Below, piece by piece: positions 45,495-52,378 of a DNA stretch of 52,378 nt. The notes under the pieces are model-generated. The model saw only the letters and a program-made list of their open reading frames with translations, searched no databases and was not told the DNA's origin. This DNA is from a virus. Its lineage: Duplodnaviria > Caudoviricetes. How positions within the stretch are numbered: the stretch's first letter is position 1; each line of letters begins with the position of its first letter. A program made the translations under genes and the position numbers. The stretch spans positions 1 through 52,378 of the IMG/VR virus record IMGVR_UViG_3300032087_002048; one strand, given 5' to 3'.

Positions 45495-48400
45495 TTAATT
45501 TAATCCTATAGTTAATAATGTTTCTAATCTGTCCATTCTAGCTTCAAGTTCTTTAACTTTATTCTCTAACTGTATGTTCTTAGCTATTAATAGCTTGGTA
45601 TAGTTAACTGACTTATATCCGTCCTCAGCAGTCTTAACAAACTCAGGGTTTGTCTTCTCTAAGTCCTGTGCTATTACCCCTATATCATGCTTATCATTGT
45701 TAATCCAGTCGTACTCAACCCAGTTAGTTACTACCTTATAGTCCTCTAATGGTTTAATGTTCTTTTTCAGTCTCTCATCTGAAGACAGATTGAAATCCAC
45801 TGCGTACATATCCTCTGTAGCAGTTAACCTACCCAGAGATACATCAAATGTGAACCTAGTTGTAGTCACATCCCTGATAAGTAAATCTTTATCAGCGTCC
45901 ATATCCCAGTATGTGGTGGTGGTATTAGAGTATAAATCTCCTGCTCTGGTTGAAAGTCTCCCTGCTGTTGGATAATTGTCAGTTACGATATGGTCTTGTG
46001 TGCCAGTATATGATGCTTGGACGCTAACATTCCATCCTTGCTCCCAGTTAGATATGTTAGCTGTATATCCTGCAAATACATTGTAAATATAAGCCTGTGG
46101 ATATGCCCAGTTTTGAGTAGTTGTGCCTATCTCTACATAGTGATAAGAGCCATCAGAAGCAAATCTCACATTATAGTCTCTGTCATTCCTGCTTGTGTGT
46201 ACTGTAGCATTAGTATTTGCCCACCCAGATGCATGAGGATAGCCTATTATATCAACAGATACACTTTCACCACCACCATCTCCACCTGCATAGTCATTAA
46301 TCATGACACTAAATTGCACCATGTCATTTGTACTCCTTGCTGCAGTTGGTAGCCTTACCCTCATAGTACCTGTAACTGAAGACCCTGTTGAGTGTAAATT
46401 ACCACCACCTACTGAGAATAATTGAAAGGATGAGCCTATTGTATGCTCTGTACCTATGCCACCAAGTGACCCCTTTGTATATACTCCACCACCATAAAAT
46501 TCTGAGTCTCCATAACCCCTTATAATAGTATTAGTTAGGGCATCATCTGATAGAATTAAATACCCACCAGAGGCATTGGCTGCTAATTGTGCAAATTCAG
46601 TACTGGAATTATACACCTCTATTATGTCTGTGGCACTACTTGATGTCCATCTTAATATACCATTAGTTGTGTTATCTAATCTTCCTGTATTGTCTGAGGT
46701 ATCTCCATCTGTATTATGGAAATCAATATACCTACCTATCTCTATAACCCCACTTGTTTCATTTATTACGAAATTTCCCCACCTGTCTCCTGAAGCGGTA
46801 CGCCCAAAGTTATGAATCTTGTCTGCATCCAGACCACTGCCTATTCCATCATTTCCTTGATGCCATAGTTTGTTCCAGACCCATGTTGTGCCACTCTTAT
46901 GACCTGCATAAAGACCAGAGTTATTGTCTGAGTTGTTTCTCCAAAATGCAAAGTCTCTTGTCTCAGTTGCACCCCTTACATACATTCCTCCACCAAATGC
47001 AGAAGGATAGCCTGTTGAGCCTGTGGTATTTGAGGCTACTACAATAGAGTTTGCAGGTGCAGATACCCCAGAAAAGACAGTAGTTGCATCTGATACACTT
47101 GACCCTCTGTCTAATCCTATAAATGTTGTTCCAACTCCTGCATTGGCTGTAAGTAGTCCTGTTAAGACTGACGTACCTAAGACAGTCATTGCACCACTTG
47201 CTGTGACTTTGAAATTTGCACCACTACCTCCTACTTGAAATTCTCCATCTGTCCTAAGTATGCCAGAGCCACAGTAAATCCCATTTGTAAAGTCATTAGA
47301 AGGGTTAATCCTTAGCCATGCATCACTAAACTGGATTATGTTCTTATCGTCTCCTTTATAGTAGCTACCATCTGAGTTAACATTACCTGTGATATTAAGC
47401 CCTGCAGTTGTAGCGTCATAAGTTAATTGAGTACTTGAACCTAATGAGTCTCTCAGTATTAACATACCATCACCTGCTGTTGTGAACCATAGCCCTGAGT
47501 AGTTTACATTATTTGTATCTGCTATAAAAGCCCATTGATTGACTGCTGCATTAGGAATAGTTAACCGAGCATTAACAGTAAGGTCACCAGTCATTGTATC
47601 TCCTGCCTTTAGAACATAGTCAGAAGGTGTAAGGTTTCCCTCGTGATATATCTTATGTGCTAGGCTATTCTCTTGAAAAATTAAATCCCCATCTGCAATA
47701 CTCCTTATTCTAAGGTATGTATCTAATGTATTGACTGAATCTATACTACTACCACCTACTAAATAATTTCTAGCACTAGAGGAATTTCCTAAAAGGGTTC
47801 TCCATGTATTACCATCATTTTTAGCAGATACAAAACCATGCTCAACGATTAAATTCTCCTGAGTAGCCCCATTATCAATGATAAGGTCACCTGTCATAGT
47901 ATCTCCTGTGACAGCTACATAGTCAGTAAGTGTAAGGTTGCCAGTGTGATAGAACTCGTTCCAACTACCCCAGACACTTGCCTCTTCATGCCTAAAGAAT
48001 AGCCTATGATTTCTGCCACCTATCTGCTGACTGTACCCACTCCCTAAATCCTGAGAGAATATGTGGGAGTTTACGTCTATAGGTCTGTTTAGAGTTCCAC
48101 TAGTTGCATAGAACACACCTGTGCTGCTATTGTTGAGGTCACCTGATGTTGAGCCTGTGGTGATGCCTATAGCTTCAGATAGCTGCAGTCTAGCATCTAA
48201 TGCACTCTGTAGGTCTGTCTGTGATGATAGTGTACCTGTAATTGAACCCCATACTGCGCTTGTAGGTGGGGCTGTCCATTCAAGCCCTGTTGCTGTAACA
48301 GAGTTTGCTGTAAGGAGATAAGTGTTTGTTCCTACTGTAAGGTCTACCCAAGCAGACCCATTGTATACTAATATGTCTCCCTTAACTGCACCTGTGATTG

Positions 48401-50870
48401 TTGTATCTGTGAGACCGTCTAAGGTTGCTATTGAGGTTGCCCACTTAACTCCTGTGGATGTTGCGCTATCGGCTGTGAGTACGGTATCGTTTGCACCAAC
48501 GGTAAGGTCTACCCAAGAAGTACCATCAAACACAGCAACATCTCCTTTGGCAACTGCCGTAAAGTTAGTATCTGTAAGTGCATCGAATGTTTGAGCAACA
48601 CCTGCTGCTAATGGTGCTACTAAACCAAATCTATTGGCTGATAGAAATGTAGCATTATTTAAGTCTGTCTCTCCTTGTTGTACTACAAGATATCCCCTAA
48701 CTATAGCACTTCTAATACCTGCTAATGCTTCAAATTGCGCTCTAGGCACAGCATCTAGTGCATCCTCAAATCTTACATACTGGGCAGTACCATACTGTAC
48801 AAAAGTCTTATTAGAGTTTCCAAATAGTAATAATCTCTGTATTGTATATCTATTTGCGGTTACAGAGGCTAGTGTACCTGTACCAACATCATAACTATTT
48901 GGGTTTATTACTGTGGTTGCTGCATCAAAAGAACCGATACCGCTTCCATTATTATAAACATAATTGAATGTAAGACCAGTATCTATTGCTGTGGCAAATA
49001 CATGAGGAGCATCAACATTGGTCGTGAAGTTTCTTCCATAAGAAAATACACTACCTGCACTTTTGTTTAGGTTTAGGTTTACTCCATTAGGTGAATATAT
49101 ATTACCACTTATATTTAAGTCACCTATAGCCTTAGATAATTCTTTAAGTCCAGAACCAATAGCTTTAGTTGGTATTGTAATAGAGAATGCACCACCAATA
49201 TTTGTTTTATTTGAATGGTCTAATCCACCTAAGAATATAAGACTTCTTAATTCTTCGTTTGTAAAACTAGTCTGCTGTACTATAGCACCTGCAGCATTGA
49301 TAGCAATATCTGTTGCAAATTGAGTGGCTAGGTTAGTAACTGTTTGGGCTGTAAATGCTCCCCAAGATACACTTGTGGTAGTAGGAGGTGATGTACTGTG
49401 GTCTACAATTATACCAGTACCTGCTGATATGTCAAACTTAGTAGTATCTACATTAATACTTAATACTCCACCAGAATTAAGACCTGTTGATAGCATCTCT
49501 AGGGTGGGTACTATAGTTTCTATCTTATCATATAAAGCATTCTTTGTTGGTACTTCTAAGGATGCATTCCAACCTACTCCATAAACTTCGTCAGGTACAG
49601 TAACATCTAGGCTAAAGGTTATAGCCCCTAATACTGTTTGAGTACTCCCTAGATTCATTAACTCCGAACCTTTGTAAAACCATTTATCTGCACTAATTGA
49701 GTAAGTAATACCCTGTCCACCAAATAACCTAAGAGAGAAGTCATTAATGCTATCCCAATCAAAAGTCATTGTATCAGTACCTGCGTATACGGTATTCCTT
49801 ATATCAACTCTTGACGCTTGTTGTATTTCAAACCCATTCATGTTGATATTACCTGTCATTGTACCACCACCTATAGGTAGGTATAACCCATCATGGTCAC
49901 CCCATTGATAAGCTGCATCCCATGAGTTTATATCTGCTGTAGTAACACCAAATACGTCAGATGCAATAAATACAGGGTCTGTCTCTGCGGTCAGATACCC
50001 TGCCACAGCATGGTTACCCCATGTATATGCTAAATTCCATGTTCCAATTAATACGCTAGTAACTGCTGCTGCATCTGATGCAAGGAATACAGGGTCGCTT
50101 TCTGTAAAAGATGTTAGATACCCTGCACTTGCATGGTTTCCCCACCCAAACGCTGTATTCCAGTTAGTTGAGTTGTCTGTAAGATATGATATAGTGCCTG
50201 TAGTAGACTTAACTATACCAGTACCTGATAGCGCAGCTTGATACCCTGCTACAGAGTGGTCACCCCATCCATAGGCTGTTGTCCAGTTTGTTACGTCTGG
50301 TGCTGTTACAGCCCCTACAGGCGATGCTAAGAATACTGGGTCTGTCTCTGTATAGATTGATGGTACACCTGCAAGGTCAAATACCATACTATATGTAGTG
50401 GCATCAATTAAAGAGTTACCCCCTACAAAGTTGGTAACGTTTATTGTGAATGTGTCATCTAGGTTATCTACAATACTTGATATTGCAAAGTAAAATACCT
50501 GTCCTACGACAGATGCTTTAAATACTCTAAGTACAAAACTAGTTGGTTGGTCATCTATTACTTCCAGTAAAGATGTAATATCAATACCGTTACCATCGAA
50601 TTTGTTTAATGTAATAGAAGTAATGGCTGTTGCTGCGGTTTGATTACCATTGGTAACAAAATAGCCTGCATCAAATTCATCTAAGTCTGGGTCTGTAGCA
50701 TCTGAGAAAGTATACTCTATAGATGCTAGGTTAAGTCCAGTTTTGAATGTAGAGAAAATACTACCTAAAGGGTAGTTCCTTGTAACGTTTATGTTATCTG
50801 CATCTGAACCAATTACAAAGTCATCAAGACTTAGGTTGCTATCAAATGCGTATGTTTCAATTCTTGCCAT
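45495..50870 (-). CDS. Long tail fibre 1 with C-terminal intramolecular chaperone (peptidase S74)
   Basis: 1791 aa; GDTMTGDL and WGxH repeats; SSDERLKKNI...GVIAQDLE...SVNY plus terminal coiled coil. Confidence 0.88.
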   Translation of the reverse strand: MARIETYAFDSNLSLDDFVIGSDADNINVTRNYPLGSIFSTFKTGLNLASIEYTFSDATDPDLDEFDAGYFVTNGNQTAATAITSITLNKFDGNGIDITSLLEVIDDQPTSFVLRVFKASVVGQVFYFAISSIVDNLDDTFTINVTNFVGGNSLIDATTYSMVFDLAGVPSIYTETDPVFLASPVGAVTAPDVTNWTTAYGWGDHSVAGYQAALSGTGIVKSTTGTISYLTDNSTNWNTAFGWGNHASAGYLTSFTESDPVFLASDAAAVTSVLIGTWNLAYTWGNHAVAGYLTAETDPVFIASDVFGVTTADINSWDAAYQWGDHDGLYLPIGGGTMTGNINMNGFEIQQASRVDIRNTVYAGTDTMTFDWDSINDFSLRLFGGQGITYSISADKWFYKGSELMNLGSTQTVLGAITFSLDVTVPDEVYGVGWNASLEVPTKNALYDKIETIVPTLEMLSTGLNSGGVLSINVDTTKFDISAGTGIIVDHSTSPPTTTSVSWGAFTAQTVTNLATQFATDIAINAAGAIVQQTSFTNEELRSLIFLGGLDHSNKTNIGGAFSITIPTKAIGSGLKELSKAIGDLNISGNIYSPNGVNLNLNKSAGSVFSYGRNFTTNVDAPHVFATAIDTGLTFNYVYNNGSGIGSFDAATTVINPNSYDVGTGTLASVTANRYTIQRLLLFGNSNKTFVQYGTAQYVRFEDALDAVPRAQFEALAGIRSAIVRGYLVVQQGETDLNNATFLSANRFGLVAPLAAGVAQTFDALTDTNFTAVAKGDVAVFDGTSWVDLTVGANDTVLTADSATSTGVKWATSIATLDGLTDTTITGAVKGDILVYNGSAWVDLTVGTNTYLLTANSVTATGLEWTAPPTSAVWGSITGTLSSQTDLQSALDARLQLSEAIGITTGSTSGDLNNSSTGVFYATSGTLNRPIDVNSHIFSQDLGSGYSQQIGGRNHRLFFRHEEASVWGSWNEFYHTGNLTLTDYVAVTGDTMTGDLIIDNGATQENLIVEHGFVSAKNDGNTWRTLLGNSSSARNYLVGGSSIDSVNTLDTYLRIRSIADGDLIFQENSLAHKIYHEGNLTPSDYVLKAGDTMTGDLTVNARLTIPNAAVNQWAFIADTNNVNYSGLWFTTAGDGMLILRDSLGSSTQLTYDATTAGLNITGNVNSDGSYYKGDDKNIIQFSDAWLRINPSNDFTNGIYCGSGILRTDGEFQVGGSGANFKVTASGAMTVLGTSVLTGLLTANAGVGTTFIGLDRGSSVSDATTVFSGVSAPANSIVVASNTTGSTGYPSAFGGGMYVRGATETRDFAFWRNNSDNNSGLYAGHKSGTTWVWNKLWHQGNDGIGSGLDADKIHNFGRTASGDRWGNFVINETSGVIEIGRYIDFHNTDGDTSDNTGRLDNTTNGILRWTSSSATDIIEVYNSSTEFAQLAANASGGYLILSDDALTNTIIRGYGDSEFYGGGVYTKGSLGGIGTEHTIGSSFQLFSVGGGNLHSTGSSVTGTMRVRLPTAARSTNDMVQFSVMINDYAGGDGGGESVSVDIIGYPHASGWANTNATVHTSRNDRDYNVRFASDGSYHYVEIGTTTQNWAYPQAYIYNVFAGYTANISNWEQGWNVSVQASYTGTQDHIVTDNYPTAGRLSTRAGDLYSNTTTTYWDMDADKDLLIRDVTTTRFTFDVSLGRLTATEDMYAVDFNLSSDERLKKNIKPLEDYKVVTNWVEYDWINNDKHDIGVIAQDLEKTNPEFVKTAEDGYKSVNYTKLLIAKNIQLENKVKELEARMDRLETLLTIGLN

Positions 50871-51462
50871 TAATGTAGTTTATGATTCCAGTATATATCA
50901 TCGAACCTAAGTCTCCTTGAAAGCGAGGGTCTTTAAGTTTAACGAAATCAGGTTTGAAATCAAAAAAACCACACTCAATCAATATTGCTGTGCAATTTGT
51001 ATTACGTAGTACGAAGAAATTAGATTCTTTTAAACCCCTATCTCGCATTCCTGCTCGGTGTACAGCTAATCTAGCCATTGCTCTAACTTCTCCTGCAAGT
51101 TTATCACTTTCTGTTTCTCCTACGCTCGTAAATATCTCAAATCCACCTGCGTTATGAGATGGAGATGCGTTACAATGCACAGATACAAAGATAGTACTTT
51201 TTGGGTCAAGTTCGTTGGCTATCTCAACTCTTTTTTTCAATGAAAGGTCTGTAGACTCATCTACTCCGACAGTTAAGACAACATTAAGATTTGGATGTTC
51301 TTTAAGGCAATTATATATTTGCTCCCCTATTTGACGATTAAGCACACCCTCATGAGCGACTGTACCATCGTCATAGGTGTGCATCTTTTTAGGTGCTGTG
51401 GTGTAGTTTCCATCCTCGTCTATACCACCGTGTCCGAAGTCGAGGACTACGTTTTTAATCAC
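50857..51462 (-). CDS. Endolysin, N-acetylmuramoyl-L-alanine amidase (Amidase_3)
   Basis: LDFGHGG, HE, FVSVHCNA and ILIECGF Zn-binding/catalytic motifs; GTG start. Confidence 0.92.
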   Translation of the reverse strand: MIKNVVLDFGHGGIDEDGNYTTAPKKMHTYDDGTVAHEGVLNRQIGEQIYNCLKEHPNLNVVLTVGVDESTDLSLKKRVEIANELDPKSTIFVSVHCNASPSHNAGGFEIFTSVGETESDKLAGEVRAMARLAVHRAGMRDRGLKESNFFVLRNTNCTAILIECGFFDFKPDFVKLKDPRFQGDLGSMIYTGIINYINGKN

Positions 51463-51824
51463 TAATCAGATAGGTTCACTCCTATTGAATAAGTAACTGC
51501 TGTACCGTTATTCTTGGTAGCTACAACTCTAAATGTATCTGGTAAGAAATCTGCTGCTGAGACATTAGCTGCTACAGGAGTGTAATCCCCAACAGTATAT
51601 GTAGTAAGAGCGTTTGCTGCTAAAGCTGCTGACGTTAGAATATTATACCAACTTCCACTTGCTGCATCATAACCATCTATTGTTATTGTAACTGTTGCTG
51701 CACCTGCGCCTGCTGTAATATTAACAATAAACTTACCATTTGATAAGTTATTATCATTAACTGTAAATGTTTCCGTAGCTGTTCTGGCTGCACTTTCAGC
51801 TATTCTGATGTTTGATTTAATCAT
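51462..51824 (-). CDS. Small beta-sandwich hypothetical protein, possibly structural
   Basis: 120 aa, Ala/Thr-rich beta strands, between holin and amidase. Confidence 0.6.
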   Translation of the reverse strand: MIKSNIRIAESAARTATETFTVNDNNLSNGKFIVNITAGAGAATVTITIDGYDAASGSWYNILTSAALAANALTTYTVGDYTPVAANVSAADFLPDTFRVVATKNNGTAVTYSIGVNLSD

Positions 51825-52308
51825 TTCCTTTATCTTCTGGGTTAATTGTTTTAAAAAGTTTATCTATAATTGTACTCAGTCCATTTCTTACTGCATGTAA
51901 CAATCTGGTTATTATATCTTCGTTTTCTGTTTCTTTTCCTTCTTTAATACTAATAATATTATTTACTATAGAGAATGCCTCTGCCACAACAACTATATTC
52001 AGTATGGCTGTTACAAACCACGTAAAGTCAAAACTCAATGCTTTTGCTGTCAGGGCTAACACCATTGGTATAATCAATACCGATGTTTTTGTTACCAACC
52101 CCCACATTAATAATTTAAAACTAAGTTTATGTTTTAGCTTTATTGCTTTAATTATACCAAAAATGGTATCTATTGCCATTAATGCCCCTAGTATCTTAAC
52201 TGTATCTACATTTATGTCCAAGAAAACAAACACACCGTAGACGAACATTTTTACTGCTCCGAACCAATCTGTTACTTTGCTTGCTGCATTCATCATCCAA
52301 TCTCCCAT
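51817..52308 (-). CDS. Holin (phage holin 4 family-like)
   Basis: About 3 TM segments; D...G..KA, GL..K and E..SI..N motifs; upstream of the amidase. Confidence 0.8.
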   Translation of the reverse strand: MGDWMMNAASKVTDWFGAVKMFVYGVFVFLDINVDTVKILGALMAIDTIFGIIKAIKLKHKLSFKLLMWGLVTKTSVLIIPMVLALTAKALSFDFTWFVTAILNIVVVAEAFSIVNNIISIKEGKETENEDIITRLLHAVRNGLSTIIDKLFKTINPEDKGND

Positions 52309-52361
52309 AGCTTTTAAAAAAGTCGCTTTCCTGTAAAGTAAAGTCTTTGTTTATAATTCTG

Positions 52362-52378
52362 TATCTTTGTACAAAGGT
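52362..52378. promoter_or_regulatory. Near-palindromic pair of -7 elements at the window end
   Basis: Plus strand TATCTTTG 52362-52369; minus strand (T)ACCTTTG cut by the window edge. Confidence 0.45.

Noticed and set aside
43107-50870. Diversity-generating retroelement or invertible tail-fibre switch
   Set aside because: No reverse transcriptase or invertase gene, and no template/variable repeat pair or flanking inverted repeats seen by eye.
19387-52240. Numerous plus-strand ORFs in the structural arm, e.g. 22963-23610
   Set aside because: Antisense shadows of long minus-strand genes, with no promoters or recognisable motifs.
1-52378. Stop-codon reassignment as in some crAss-like phages
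   Set aside because: Long genes are intact in the standard code, TAA, TAG and TGA all end genes, and no suppressor tRNA is present.
1-52378. Window as a complete circular genome
   Set aside because: The first ORF is open at the left edge and no terminal repeat is seen, so the genome continues beyond the window.

Overview
This window is most of the genome of a tailed dsDNA phage. It is very probably a podovirus of Bacteroidota (Flavobacteriia), inferred from host-type TTTG-N19-21-TAnnTTTG promoters, A-rich translation starts without Shine-Dalgarno, and gene content. There are two convergent arms. The + arm (1-19340) holds early, replication and nucleotide-metabolism genes: ERF recombinase, RecE-like exonuclease, DUF3127 SSB-like protein, HD hydrolase, VirE_N primase-SF4 helicase, dNMP kinase, ThyX, class II RNR, family B DNA polymerase, endonuclease I-like resolvase and a DnaQ/RNase H-like exonuclease. 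It ends in tRNA-Thr(UGU). The - arm (52308 down to 19341) holds holin, amidase, two tail fibres with a shared anchor, a GroES-like protein, terminase, portal, scaffold, major capsid, ring and nozzle proteins and three ejection proteins. No integrase, RNA polymerase, reverse transcriptase or CRISPR array was seen. The most unusual items are: (1) a chain of mini-genes at 8.3-9.2 kb joined by a repeated 26-bp junction that supplies the same C-terminal tail, stop codon and next start codon; (2) an apparent duplicated small-terminase-like domain fused to the large terminase; (3) a tRNA-Val(GAC)-like element with a scrambled T-arm overlapping a small ORF; (4) an in-frame A10 slippery site after the N-terminal repeat domain of the giant ejection protein. 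All product calls come from motif recognition by eye; no searches were run.
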